DNA of 64,000 nucleotides from a bacterium (GCA_037127795.1 JBAXXQ010000001.1:515687-579686), one strand, 5' to 3'. Numbered from the stretch's first letter, positions 49,070 to 62,098 are shown. A program made the numbers and translations. The notes: a model not told the origin generated them from the letters alone.

Positions 49070-50464
49070 TTATCGTATATTTTCTACCACTTTGCCAAGT
49101 GCAAAAAGTATTTCTTCTGCATATTGTGCTCCGATGAATTGCACTCCGAGAGGAAGTCCTGACTTGGTAACACCAGAAGGTATTGATATTGCTGGGTGTT
49201 GTGCGATATTTGCAGGCACTGTAAACAAATCTGAAAGGTACATAGCGAGTGGATCATTTACCTTTTCACCGATTTTAAATGCTGGACTTGGTGTTGTAGG
49301 AGTCAATACTGCATCATATTGTGCAAGCACGGTACGCAACTCATCTTTTATAATATCTCGCAATGCACATGCTTTGTTGTAGTATGCATCATAATATCCA
49401 TGAGAAAGTACATATGTCCCTACGAGAATTCTGCGTCGTACTTCTTTTCCAAAAAGTTCTCCACGAGTATCAGTATATATTTCTGAAAGAGTTTTTTTAT
49501 CAAGTCGTGGACCATAGCGTACTCCATCAAAACGAGCGAGGTTTGAAGAAACTTCTGCAGGCATCAAAATATAATACACAGCGAGCGCATCTTTAAAGTG
49601 TTCCAAATCTACTTCTTCTACGACATACCCTTCACCTCTAAACTTTGCAACAATATGTTCAAAATTTTCTTTTACTTCAGGATCGAGACCTTCACCAGAA
49701 AATACTCCTTTTGGTACTGCGATTTTTTTCTTCAAATCAGCATGTTTGGTACGAAGCTCAAGTGGTACTGATGTTGCATCACGTTTTTCATATACCGCAA
49801 TTACATCATACAAAACTTTTGCATCGTCTACAGAATGCGCCATAGGACCAATAACATCTAGAGAACTTCCCATAGCCATAAGCCCATGACGAGACACGGT
49901 GCCATATGTTGGAAGTAGTCCTACAAGTCCACAAAATGCAGCTGGCTGGCGAATAGACCCTCCAGTATCTGAGCCTAGTGATATTACTGCACAATCTGCA
50001 GCGACAGCAGCCGCAGAGCCACCTGAAGACCCACCAGGAACACGTGTCGGATCTATTGGGTTTTTGGTTACTCCATATGCTGAGTTTTCTGTTGAACTTC
50101 CCATAGCAAACTCATCCATATTCGTACGACCCAAAATGATCGCTCCTTGTTTTTTCAATTCTGCAATTACCGTCGAATCATAACTTGCAACATACCCTTC
50201 AAGAATTTTTGAACTTGCACCTGCGTGATGCCCATCAAATAAAATATTATCTTTTATTGCAATAGGGATCCCCGTAAGTACTGTCGCAGTACCATCAGCA
50301 AATTTCTTTTCAGCAATAGCAACTTGCTCTTGTATATCAAATACTTCTCTAAAAATATTGAGGTCTTTTGTTGCTTCTATGTTTGCAATATATATTGCAA
50401 CAAGAGATTGTACAGTGATCTCTCCTTTGAGTAACTTGTTGTGTAGTGAAGAAATAGTTTCCAT
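49070..50464 (-). CDS. gatA: Glu/Asp-tRNA(Gln/Asn) amidotransferase subunit A
   Basis: Amidase signature GGSSGGSAAAVA, with Ser-cisSer-Lys triad context. Confidence 0.92.
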   Translation of the reverse strand: METISSLHNKLLKGEITVQSLVAIYIANIEATKDLNIFREVFDIQEQVAIAEKKFADGTATVLTGIPIAIKDNILFDGHHAGASSKILEGYVASYDSTVIAELKKQGAIILGRTNMDEFAMGSSTENSAYGVTKNPIDPTRVPGGSSGGSAAAVAADCAVISLGSDTGGSIRQPAAFCGLVGLLPTYGTVSRHGLMAMGSSLDVIGPMAHSVDDAKVLYDVIAVYEKRDATSVPLELRTKHADLKKKIAVPKGVFSGEGLDPEVKENFEHIVAKFRGEGYVVEEVDLEHFKDALAVYYILMPAEVSSNLARFDGVRYGPRLDKKTLSEIYTDTRGELFGKEVRRRILVGTYVLSHGYYDAYYNKACALRDIIKDELRTVLAQYDAVLTPTTPSPAFKIGEKVNDPLAMYLSDLFTVPANIAQHPAISIPSGVTKSGLPLGVQFIGAQYAEEILFALGKVVENIR

Positions 50465-50467
50465 ATA

Positions 50468-50740
50468 TTATAAAATTTTTGGTACTTTAATAAACGACCC
50501 ATCATTGTTTGTACTTGCAGCTACGAGCCCAACTGCATCGGGATACAATACAGACTCATCAATACGTGCAACATTTGAAACAGCACCAATACTTTGTGCT
50601 TTTTGTTCTACAGAGAGATTACTTACTTGATCAACAAACGATACAATAGCACCTATTTGTGTCTCAAGCTCTACATATTCATCTTCTTGTATACGTAATC
50701 GCGCCAATGTCGCGAGATGTTCCAATGTCTTTTTTTCCAT
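50468..50740 (-). CDS. gatC: Glu/Asp-tRNA amidotransferase subunit C
   Basis: 90 aa with the GatC pattern LEHLATLARL...; immediately upstream of gatA. Confidence 0.8.
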   Translation of the reverse strand: MEKKTLEHLATLARLRIQEDEYVELETQIGAIVSFVDQVSNLSVEQKAQSIGAVSNVARIDESVLYPDAVGLVAASTNNDGSFIKVPKIL

Positions 50741-50787
50741 AGCTACACTATAGCAAATCTATATCCGATATTCCATATCCTTGACTT

Positions 50788-51294
50788 TTGTATGTATCAA
50801 TATATAGTATGCAAAAAATAATAAATAATATGACAAGTAGTATTTTTTCTTTCAGAAAACAAGATTCTTTGTATATTTGTACAGTACAAGTAGACTACAC
50901 CAAGGCATTAAATCATCTATGTGCCAACATCAACGATAAAAGTTTTCTTCCAAAAATTGAAGAACATTTTTCTAAAAACAAAAAAGGGGTTGAAAATGTA
51001 GAGATGGCATTTTTTCAGCCCGAGTATTCAATGAATATGAATTCGGTTGATGCGTTATACAAAAAATATAATTTACAACCCAATCCATATGCACAAACAA
51101 CAATAAACTATAGAAATCCTAGTTTTTGTTATGATTATGATAATTTTTTATTATGGAAAATTGAAAAAAATGAATATATTAGAATTGATTTTTTCAACCA
51201 TCACGATGATTTTTTTATATCAGTGGATCAAAAAAAATCTGATGACCATACATACAATTATCAATGGTATGCTGGTGAACTTATAAAATCATAA
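50788..51294 (+). CDS. hypothetical protein (168 aa)
   Basis: No signal peptide; Asn/Tyr-rich; no recognised domain. Confidence 0.35.
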   Translation: MYVSIYSMQKIINNMTSSIFSFRKQDSLYICTVQVDYTKALNHLCANINDKSFLPKIEEHFSKNKKGVENVEMAFFQPEYSMNMNSVDALYKKYNLQPNPYAQTTINYRNPSFCYDYDNFLLWKIEKNEYIRIDFFNHHDDFFISVDQKKSDDHTYNYQWYAGELIKS

Positions 51295-51299
51295 TACTA

Positions 51300-51341
51300 C
51301 AAAGCCCTGATATACAAAATATGATATCAGGGCTTTTTTTA
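51300..51341. terminator. bidirectional rho-independent terminator
   Basis: AGCCCTGATAT/ATATCAGGGCT stem followed by TTTTTTT. Confidence 0.7.
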
Positions 51342-51343
51342 AA

Positions 51344-51784
51344 TTATCGCGTCACATACAAACAGAGCACAGCATACATAAACGCTCGTTCGTTTTTTAA
51401 ACCGGCATCTACTGCTTCTCGTACTTTGCCTATAAAATATTCTACTTTTTCATAATTCATGTATTGAATCGTAACACCAGTTGGAAAATACATATTAAAT
51501 GCAATCATCCTTTTACTAATATTATTTTTATACAGATAAGTGAATATTCTATTTTTAGGAATACCGAACGAATCCAGTATTTGTGTTGCAAGGTTGAAAG
51601 TACCGGAAACAGTGCAATCAACAACTATCTCACAGGAATCCTTATGATTTCTGGAAAAAACAGTAACACTACTCGGACAACGAACATCTTTGTCTTGTGC
51701 CAGTTTTTGCCACATAGATCGTTCTTGAGCAAAAACACTTGAAATACTGAGCGCTAATATGAGCGCGAAACATACTTTTTTCAT
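51344..51784 (-). CDS. small secreted protein, paralog family member A
   Basis: Signal peptide; shares KDSCEIVV and C-terminal ERAFMYAVLC with ORFs 53896 and 54407. Confidence 0.5.
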   Translation of the reverse strand: MKKVCFALILALSISSVFAQERSMWQKLAQDKDVRCPSSVTVFSRNHKDSCEIVVDCTVSGTFNLATQILDSFGIPKNRIFTYLYKNNISKRMIAFNMYFPTGVTIQYMNYEKVEYFIGKVREAVDAGLKNERAFMYAVLCLYVTR

Positions 51785-51912
51785 TTAAAAAATTTTTAAT
51801 AAAATACCATATATATTAAGCTTTGACAAGATATCCGTATATAATACTTGACTTTTATACATAAATATGCTATTATATATACAAATTACATTTACAACAA
51901 AATAATTACAAA

Positions 51913-53853
51913 ATGAAAAAAGTAACAAAAATAGTCGCTTTTGCAGTGACTTTAATCCTTGCAATTACTACGCTTCCCTATTCTGGGAAAGCTCAGGCGC
52001 CAAGTATTACAATAACATCACCAAAAACAGGTGATGTTTATAAACAAGGAGATAGTATTACTATTACTTGGACAAGTACAAATATCGCTACTACAGATCT
52101 TGTAGATATAGGGGTATATAGCCATCTTGGTACAGGTAGTGTTATTATGCTGACACCATCATCAGGCACACTAAATGACGGCGTTGAAACTTTTATTATT
52201 TCAAATAACTGGCATTATGGAAATGATTATAGTATCAGTATTTATCTGCACTCACAGGTCAACGGAATTGGATCTAGTGGAATGTTTACCGTAAATCGAA
52301 TACCATCAGCATCTTCTATTACAGTAACCTCACCAAACGGTGGAGATGTTTATAATGTAGGTGACACTATTGCGATCACATGGAGTACGAAAAATATACC
52401 TATTAGTGAAAGTGTTGGAATTTATCTTAGTTCAGATAGTATTACACAACTAACATCTAATTGTGGAATTGCTTGGCAAAATATTCCAAATACTGGAACT
52501 TTCGCTTATGTAATACCAGATATTACTACTTACGCACAACCTTGCTTTAGTTATCCTTTTGGTAATCATTTTAAGATAAATATCTCATATTATGATACTG
52601 CAACAAATAATTTAATTGAGGATTCTTCTGATGCAAATTTCACCATTCTACCTAATCCTATTTATAGATCTCTTCAGATAATTTCACCAAATACTGGGGA
52701 AATATTTTATCCTGGAGAAACTATAGTTATAGACTGGATAAGTATAGGACTTAAACCAAGTGATAGTATGAGTATAGATCTTGCAATAAAAGATTCTCTT
52801 GGCTACCACAATGCAAACCTTATTCATTCATACGCAATAAACAATGGGCAAACATTGATTCAAATTCCACACAATATTCCTAGCGATAGTAATTATGTGA
52901 TACACATGGAAACAGGAGATTCTACATTCTTTATAGAAGGGATCAGTAATGTATTTACTATTTTAGATTCAGTGCCGTCAATAACGATTACATCGTTAAA
53001 CAATGGCGGAGTATATACTCCAGGTCAACAGGTTTTAATTACTTGGAATACAAAAAATATTCCAACAACAGATAGCCTGCTTTTCTATTTAAGTTCTGAT
53101 AGTATCAACCTAATCACAAGTGGTTGTAGCCTTCCTAGTACTGTAACGATTCCAAATTCAGGATCTTTTGTATATACCATACCGGATCCTGTAAAACAGG
53201 GATATTCTCCTTGTATGAATTTTTTCTATGGTAATCATTATAAAATAGGTATGTTATATGGGCACTATTATACTGACATAGTATTTGGTCGCTCTCAATC
53301 AACCTCCAACACAATATCAAATGTTTTCTTTAGAGAGAATGCTTCAGATGAATCAGACACAACGTTTAGTATCATACAAGGTACTCTCGCAATTTCTGAT
53401 GTAGCACTACGTGCGTCTTTAGAAAAAGACATTGTACAACTACACTGGAATTCTACAGAAAGAGTAATACTACAAAGAAGCTCTACTGGTACAGATTGGG
53501 AACAATTAGTGCAAACAAGCACTACAAGCTATACAGATGAGAAACCATTAGATGGCATATCGTACTATCGATTAAAGGTATTAGAAAATGATGGAAATTT
53601 TCACTATAGTAATATAGAGAAGATATTGTATCACCTCAACGAAATTAGTGTGTATCCAAATCCTGTACAAAGTAGTTGTACTATCTCTGGAATAAAATCT
53701 GGAGATATAGTACAAGTATCTGATATGCAAGGAAGGGTACTTTTTTCAAAAGTTTCTTTTGATAGTATGATGTGTGTAGACATGTCAGCATATACAAAAG
53801 GCCTTTATGTAATTAAGGTAAATAATCAAAGTACAAAAGTAATAAAACAGTAA
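51913..53853 (+). CDS. large secreted repeat protein with T9SS-type C-terminal sorting domain
   Basis: Signal peptide; four repeats of about 110 aa (P-S-ITITSP-G-VY-G-ITW-T-NI...); C-terminal YPNPVQSSCTISG...GLYVIKVNNQSTKVIKQ resembles the Por secretion tail. Confidence 0.7.
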   Translation: MKKVTKIVAFAVTLILAITTLPYSGKAQAPSITITSPKTGDVYKQGDSITITWTSTNIATTDLVDIGVYSHLGTGSVIMLTPSSGTLNDGVETFIISNNWHYGNDYSISIYLHSQVNGIGSSGMFTVNRIPSASSITVTSPNGGDVYNVGDTIAITWSTKNIPISESVGIYLSSDSITQLTSNCGIAWQNIPNTGTFAYVIPDITTYAQPCFSYPFGNHFKINISYYDTATNNLIEDSSDANFTILPNPIYRSLQIISPNTGEIFYPGETIVIDWISIGLKPSDSMSIDLAIKDSLGYHNANLIHSYAINNGQTLIQIPHNIPSDSNYVIHMETGDSTFFIEGISNVFTILDSVPSITITSLNNGGVYTPGQQVLITWNTKNIPTTDSLLFYLSSDSINLITSGCSLPSTVTIPNSGSFVYTIPDPVKQGYSPCMNFFYGNHYKIGMLYGHYYTDIVFGRSQSTSNTISNVFFRENASDESDTTFSIIQGTLAISDVALRASLEKDIVQLHWNSTERVILQRSSTGTDWEQLVQTSTTSYTDEKPLDGISYYRLKVLENDGNFHYSNIEKILYHLNEISVYPNPVQSSCTISGIKSGDIVQVSDMQGRVLFSKVSFDSMMCVDMSAYTKGLYVIKVNNQSTKVIKQ

Positions 53854-53863
53854 TGTAGTACTA

Positions 53864-53898
53864 CAAAAGCCCCGATATTCATGTCGGGGCTTTTTTTA
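53864..53898. terminator. bidirectional rho-independent terminator
   Basis: GCCCCGA/TCGGGGC stem followed by TTTTTTT. Confidence 0.7.
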
Positions 53899-54324
53899 AA
53901 TCATTTTTTTCTTTTTCATTGCACATATAAATGCATCGGTATTTTTACTCCCCTTTTCTAATTCTTTTTGGAGCATATAAGTAAAATCTGCGGCTTGAGA
54001 AAAATTTATTACAGGAGTACTAATCATTCTCTTTTTTGAACCACTCAAAAAATGAGCAACAAAAATTTTCGATGATACAAAACTAGTATCAGTATACCGA
54101 TCTACTTCGGACATAAGAGTAAATGATGTATCAGGGTACAAAGATCGCAATACATACACTATGCAAGAATCTTTTTTATCTTTTGAGATATACATGATAC
54201 TTGTCGGAGCATATTTGTCATTAGAAATTTTTTTCCAATCTTCAAAATTTTTACTTCTCATAGAAGAACATCCAATAATTGCAAAAATACTACATAAAAG
54301 AACTACTACATTTATTATTTTCAT
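53896..54324 (-). CDS. small lipoprotein, paralog family member B
   Basis: Lipobox IIGCSS; KDSCIVYV; C-terminal TDAFICAMKK. Confidence 0.5.
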   Translation of the reverse strand: MKIINVVVLLCSIFAIIGCSSMRSKNFEDWKKISNDKYAPTSIMYISKDKKDSCIVYVLRSLYPDTSFTLMSEVDRYTDTSFVSSKIFVAHFLSGSKKRMISTPVINFSQAADFTYMLQKELEKGSKNTDAFICAMKKKKMI

Positions 54325-54406
54325 TTTAATTGTTTTGCATTAGACTATCACAAAAATAATAAAAACCAAAATAAAAAGCTTCCATAATAAGAAAGCTTTT
54401 TTACGT

Positions 54407-54898
54407 TCAATACGTCCATAATATTCTTTGTTTTTGTAATGCCACAATAAAAGCGTACGGACCATCAGCCCCAGAATTCAACGCTTCAATTATGAAATTA
54501 GTAAAAGATCCTGCCTGAGTAGCAGATAACCCCTTGTTTAAATGACCCGCAATACTTCTACAGGTATCAGCAAATAACAAATGGTTTTTTGAAAACCCTT
54601 GTACTGAATCGATAACATACATTTCATATTCTATAGGAATTCTGTATTTTACCTCATCAACCTCTGTAGCAAGCACAAACCTTGATTTATGTCTTGTTGT
54701 TCTCGTGAAATATACAGTGCAAGACCGCTTCCCGTCTTTTGAGACGTATAGAAAACCGTTTACAGGCAAGGTGTCCTCATGGACAAGACCTCGCCACACC
54801 AATATGTTTTTCTCATACGTATTCTTATATACGTATGATGTGCATGCAGATAAAAGACATACCAAACCGGTATACAGTAAGATGTTTATTCTTTTCAT
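54407..54898 (-). CDS. small lipoprotein, paralog family member C
   Basis: Lipobox LLSACTS; KRSCTVYF; C-terminal GPYAFIVALQK. Confidence 0.5.
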   Translation of the reverse strand: MKRINILLYTGLVCLLSACTSYVYKNTYEKNILVWRGLVHEDTLPVNGFLYVSKDGKRSCTVYFTRTTRHKSRFVLATEVDEVKYRIPIEYEMYVIDSVQGFSKNHLLFADTCRSIAGHLNKGLSATQAGSFTNFIIEALNSGADGPYAFIVALQKQRILWTY

Positions 54899-54953
54899 AA
54901 TAGTACTTTTTTACAACACTATCATAGAAAAAATAAATATACAATATAGTTTT

Positions 54954-57416
<2,463 letters not shown>

Positions 57417-57429
<13 letters not shown>

Positions 57430-58061
57430 TTAGTTAACATTATTGATTGTGAAATATTTCTCGTAGCCGTACCATCAAGCCAGCTTACATTTACTGTAAC
57501 AGTAATAACATCAGCATCAGCACCATTAGATACTTGCATTTGTATCGTAAAACCACCATTGGTTGCAACAGGGCCGTACTTACCCATAGGATATTCATAC
57601 TGTGTATCATTTTGATTATATACCAATACAGGACATGCCCCAGGCCCAGAACAAGGACTAGCAAGTTGAGGAGGAGCAGTTTCACCAGGATAGTCTCCTG
57701 AATTCATAATAGAGGGTACTGGAACAAAACAGCCGTATGGTGAATAACAAATAGTTCCAGAAGTCGAAACACGATGACCATTTACTAACTTTGTTCCACC
57801 AGGAATACCGAGATTTGTAGATACCCAAGTACTCCACCAATCACTCGTTGTTGGATCAGGATTTTGTATCATAGCAGTATCACGACTATTGCGAACAGTA
57901 TCAAGTGCTTGCTGCGCGAGCCATGTCGCGATAATTTTATTTTTTGAATATCGTACAGAGTTTGCTGTACCTGCAGATACAGACAAAAGTGCTGTTACAG
58001 ACAAAGTGAGTATCATTACCGCTACTAGCATTTCAATTAATGTAAATCCTCGTGTTTTCAT
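57417..58061 (-). CDS. type IV pilin / pseudopilin (prepilin-type N-terminal methylation domain)
   Basis: MKTRGFTLIEMLVAVMIL. The track ORF starts 24 codons upstream, at 58133. Confidence 0.7.
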
Positions 58062-58062
58062 A

Positions 58063-58674
58063 TTATTGGAAATTTCTCTGTGACACAAAGGTCTGAATAG
58101 TAAAAGGTGTCTGATCGGTATCTGTCGACGCATATCCAGAAAATACTATTCCGACTCCTCGTTGGCGAGTAGGGTCTGTAATCCCTACAAAATTAAACCC
58201 TAGACTAGAAACAACAACGCTTGGTGCAGTAACAGAAATTGGATCACTCCACGATGAACCAATAACACCACCTGTTACAGGAACTTCCATTTTTGTAATA
58301 CCATTCAAATTACTATCCCAGGTATATTTTATATATGAGTCTCTTCCAAGAGAGCTGTGTATAGTAATAGATTGCGCATATGAAAGTCCGTTTGCACAAT
58401 TATCATTACCATAATAACTATCAACCGGCAGTGCTTGTACAATATCTGTATCATTACAACCAATAATAGTTCCTGTACGAACATTACGCACAATAGATTC
58501 AAGAGCGAAGTTTGCATTATTGAGTACGTTTTCTGTAGCTTGTACCTTACGAGCTGAGGCATTGGCGGTATACACAGAACCAATAACAGAAACAACAACT
58601 ACAGTAAAAATAGCTATCGAAACCATAAGTTCGATAAGAGTAAAACCATTTTGCTGTGATATATTTTTTTTCAT
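58063..58674 (-). CDS. type IV pilin / pseudopilin
   Basis: QQNGFTLIELMVSIAIF prepilin cleavage and methylation motif. Confidence 0.75.
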   Translation of the reverse strand: MKKNISQQNGFTLIELMVSIAIFTVVVVSVIGSVYTANASARKVQATENVLNNANFALESIVRNVRTGTIIGCNDTDIVQALPVDSYYGNDNCANGLSYAQSITIHSSLGRDSYIKYTWDSNLNGITKMEVPVTGGVIGSSWSDPISVTAPSVVVSSLGFNFVGITDPTRQRGVGIVFSGYASTDTDQTPFTIQTFVSQRNFQ

Positions 58675-58677
58675 ATA

Positions 58678-59454
58678 CTATCTTCCTTTTATTGGATTAC
58701 CTATTGTACCTGTTGGTAATGGTAAAAAATCACCTGTATTTGTTTGTGGTGGAGGGACAGATTCAACAGAAATTTGTCCTGTATTCCACACAACAACATA
58801 CTTCTGTATTTTACCATTTTGTGAAGTAATAGTAATTCGTACTGCCGAAGCAGGATTACTACAAAGACTTCCCATTGCACCAGAATTTGAACAAATATAC
58901 GCATCTGGTACAGGTCTATTAAAAATAACACTTGCATATGCAGTTGCAGGCAAGCTAACCCAACCATTATTGGTATCATAAAATTCTATATTTGAAATAG
59001 ATGCAGAATAGGTAATTGCAAAAGATTCTAAACATTCTGTTGAAAGAGATATACCATTTTTGGTAGGATTACAAGTATCCCCAGAATTAAAACTATATGA
59101 ATTTTGCTGCACGGTAGAACCACGAGCACTTATAGGTAATGCTGCAAACAATGTAAAGTTTTTTGCACTAGGCGCAAACCCTCCACCACTATTGGTATCT
59201 GTAGAAAAAACCATACCGAACGAATTTACTTTATTACCATCTGTATCAAATACTCCTTGTGATCCGGTCGCATATGTCTGTGCTTTACGTACCGTCAACG
59301 CAAGCTCTTCTGCAAGATTTCTCGTATCTATAGACTGTCTAAAGTCAGAATAATTGAACATCACCATAGCAGAAATAACACCCACAATAGCACAGACCAC
59401 TATCATCTCAACAAGAGTAAATCCTTTTTGCTTTGTGGTATGTGTTAAAACCAT
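58678..59454 (-). CDS. type IV pilin / pseudopilin
   Basis: KQKGFTLVEMIVVCAIVGV prepilin motif. Confidence 0.75.
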   Translation of the reverse strand: MVLTHTTKQKGFTLVEMIVVCAIVGVISAMVMFNYSDFRQSIDTRNLAEELALTVRKAQTYATGSQGVFDTDGNKVNSFGMVFSTDTNSGGGFAPSAKNFTLFAALPISARGSTVQQNSYSFNSGDTCNPTKNGISLSTECLESFAITYSASISNIEFYDTNNGWVSLPATAYASVIFNRPVPDAYICSNSGAMGSLCSNPASAVRITITSQNGKIQKYVVVWNTGQISVESVPPPQTNTGDFLPLPTGTIGNPIKGR

Positions 59455-60242
59455 AATTGTAAAAATGAATATTGCGTCAAAGATCCCAACACTACGAGCG
59501 CTGTTGCAATAATAAGAAATGGTGCAAACGGAATTTCTGATTTGAGTGAATGTTTTTTACTAAGTGCCAAAAGAAATAGCCCAACAATTCCCCCAATCCA
59601 AAATGATACGAATATCATCACTACTCCAGCTCGTATACCAAGGAGCCATCCCAATACCAATGCAAGCTTCACATCACCAAAGCCCATAGCGCGCCCTTTT
59701 GAAATAAGCCATATAAGGAAAAATGGTGTTGCAACAAGCGGACCAGCAATAAGTGCATCACCGAGACCTATGAAACTGTGTGCAGTGTATGTAACAAATG
59801 CAATCATACCGAGCGAAAGAGCTCCAAGAATATACACCAATCTATCTGGAATAATCTTGTGCTTGAGATCATATGCAAATACAACAATCAACACACTTGC
59901 AACAGTTGCACTAAAGATAAAATACAAAACACTAAGAGCAAGTGGTAGTCCGAGTAGTATTGTGTGGATATACAAAAGCACAAAAGAAATTGCTACACAT
60001 AACTCTACTATAGGATGCTGAAATGAGAGATGGAGTTTGCAGGTGCGACATTTTCCACGGAGGGCAAGAAACGATACCACGGGGAGCATCTCATACCACT
60101 CCAAGGTGCGATTGCAACGGTCACATTTTGATCTCCCTTTCACAATACTTCTCCCTGTATGAAACCGTACAATAACTACCCCTAAAAAACTCCCAACCAA
60201 TAATCCAAGCCCAAAAATAAAAAGTGGTAAGAAAATAATCAT
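59445..60242 (-). CDS. pilD: prepilin peptidase (A24 family)
   Basis: N-terminal CDRC...CRTC zinc-binding tetrad, 7-8 TM helices, GDVKL (Asp-containing) motif. Confidence 0.85.
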   Translation of the reverse strand: MIIFLPLFIFGLGLLVGSFLGVVIVRFHTGRSIVKGRSKCDRCNRTLEWYEMLPVVSFLALRGKCRTCKLHLSFQHPIVELCVAISFVLLYIHTILLGLPLALSVLYFIFSATVASVLIVVFAYDLKHKIIPDRLVYILGALSLGMIAFVTYTAHSFIGLGDALIAGPLVATPFFLIWLISKGRAMGFGDVKLALVLGWLLGIRAGVVMIFVSFWIGGIVGLFLLALSKKHSLKSEIPFAPFLIIATALVVLGSLTQYSFLQLWF

Positions 60243-60296
60243 GTACTAAGTATATCACGTGTAGCAGAGCATACAAGACAAATTACATCTGTATGC

Positions 60297-60704
60297 CTAA
60301 GTCTTTTTCTTTGTTTTAGTGTGAAATATAACCTTTTTAAATACGAGAAAATTTACAAAAGAAGTAAGTACTGTTATACCTATTTGAGCTCCCAAATACC
60401 AAAACTTACAAACTTCTACAAAAACAAACATCAAAAGTGTATTCACCCCAAGCATAGCAAGGTTGTGCAAGAAAAAAATAAGAAATTGTATAAAAATCTT
60501 TGTTTTTGTTCGTTCATTAAAGGTTACAAACTTATGTAAACAAAAACTAACAACAATACCAAAACAAAACGCTATTACTGAAGAAAATAAATACCAAATA
60601 TGCAAGGTATGTACCAAAACATATAATAAAACAAAAACACTAACAGAGCTTATCCCTCCAGAAAAAATATACCGAACAATTTTATTTTGTATTATTTTTT
60701 GCAT
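60297..60704 (-). CDS. GtrA-family membrane protein (polysaccharide or glycan flippase accessory)
   Basis: RYIFSGGISSVSVFVLLYVL...HKFVTFNE matches the GtrA pattern. The track ORF begins at 60746. Confidence 0.6.
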   Translation of the reverse strand: MQKIIQNKIVRYIFSGGISSVSVFVLLYVLVHTLHIWYLFSSVIAFCFGIVVSFCLHKFVTFNERTKTKIFIQFLIFFLHNLAMLGVNTLLMFVFVEVCKFWYLGAQIGITVLTSFVNFLVFKKVIFHTKTKKKT

Positions 60705-61345
60705 GATATTTTTACAACAAATTGATATGCAAATAATGTTGGCCATATAGTAGTGATTCCGTATAGTATATGCGCAACACTATTAATAATACTTTTTGGT
60801 AATTTCTTAAAAACTAATTGTACCGGTATGATTGTATATTCCATCTTTTCTATATCGTACCCAGCACTATCAACAGTTTGTCGTAATGTTTTTCTGGTAA
60901 AAAAATGTACATGTGTTTTATCAAAAATCCCCTTTTCTGCATAATCAAAATTACCAAACAAAATTTTTATACGCGCATATATATTTACAATATTGGGAGT
61001 TGAAATAATAATATACCCATCTTTAGTAAGATTTTTTTGTATTTTTCGTAAAATACCTTCTGGGTCAACAGTGTGCTCCAATATATCCCCTAAAATAATT
61101 ACATCATACATCCCAACAACATCTTCTTTTGTTATATCAAGCACATATGCATTACAATATTTTTTTGCTTCTTCTATATATGCATCATCAAAATCAACAC
61201 CATCAATAGTACAACCTTTTTCTTGTAAAAAAGAAGCAAGGTACCCTGAAGCACACGCAATATCCAAAACTTTTGTATTCGGTTTTACAAGATCTATTAT
61301 CTTTGAGTGACTACTATACAAAAAAGGTTTTAATGTGTAATTCAT
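60692..61345 (-). CDS. class I SAM-dependent methyltransferase
   Basis: VLDIACASGYLASFL motif I. Confidence 0.7.
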   Translation of the reverse strand: MNYTLKPFLYSSHSKIIDLVKPNTKVLDIACASGYLASFLQEKGCTIDGVDFDDAYIEEAKKYCNAYVLDITKEDVVGMYDVIILGDILEHTVDPEGILRKIQKNLTKDGYIIISTPNIVNIYARIKILFGNFDYAEKGIFDKTHVHFFTRKTLRQTVDSAGYDIEKMEYTIIPVQLVFKKLPKSIINSVAHILYGITTIWPTLFAYQFVVKISCKK

Positions 61346-62097
61346 ATAGTAAATTTAGCAAATTTTTTGATACCTGTCTTTGTTAAAATGTATTGCCCAA
61401 GAATTTTTAAAATATTCAAGCCGTACGGAACCACATTTACATAACAAATTTCTTTACCATAAAATGTAGGGATTGTTACTTCACTAATTTTTTTCTTAGC
61501 TACAACAAGTTGAATAATAATATCAGAATCAAAATGAAAATCATCTGAAGATAGATTAAAAGGGATAGTCTGTAATGCATGGACATTATACGCTCTAAAT
61601 CCTGAGTGAAATTCAGATAAATGAGTACCGAGAACAACATTTTCAACAAAGGTTAAAAACTTATTACCTACATATTTGTACAATGGCATCCCCCCTTTGA
61701 GCGGTGCTCCTGTCATACGAGATCCAAATACAAAATCAGCATCACCTTGTACTATAGGTGCAATAACAGTCCCTATATATTCTGGTGCATATTGCACATC
61801 CCCGTGTACCATAACTACCACATCATACCCATGCTCTATTGCATAATTATATGACCATTTTTGATTCCCCCCGTATCCTTTATTTTTCTCATGATGAACA
61901 ACAGTAATATTTTGTAATTTATTTACTTGTGCATACTGCTCTGCATACAATGCAGTGTTATCTTGTGAGGCATCATCAGCAACAAGAACATCACTTGTTT
62001 TGAGTATTTCAGATGGAATACGATTAAGCACTTCTATGATAGTAGACTCTGCATTGTACGCTAATATTAATACTAATACTTTTTTATTTTGTGGCAT
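61342..62097 (-). CDS. family 2 glycosyltransferase (polyprenol-phosphate sugar synthase-like)
   Basis: VLVLILAYNAESTI, DDASQDNT, DxD (HGDVQ) motifs. Confidence 0.85.
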   Translation of the reverse strand: MPQNKKVLVLILAYNAESTIIEVLNRIPSEILKTSDVLVADDASQDNTALYAEQYAQVNKLQNITVVHHEKNKGYGGNQKWSYNYAIEHGYDVVVMVHGDVQYAPEYIGTVIAPIVQGDADFVFGSRMTGAPLKGGMPLYKYVGNKFLTFVENVVLGTHLSEFHSGFRAYNVHALQTIPFNLSSDDFHFDSDIIIQLVVAKKKISEVTIPTFYGKEICYVNVVPYGLNILKILGQYILTKTGIKKFAKFTI

Positions 62098-62098
62098 A

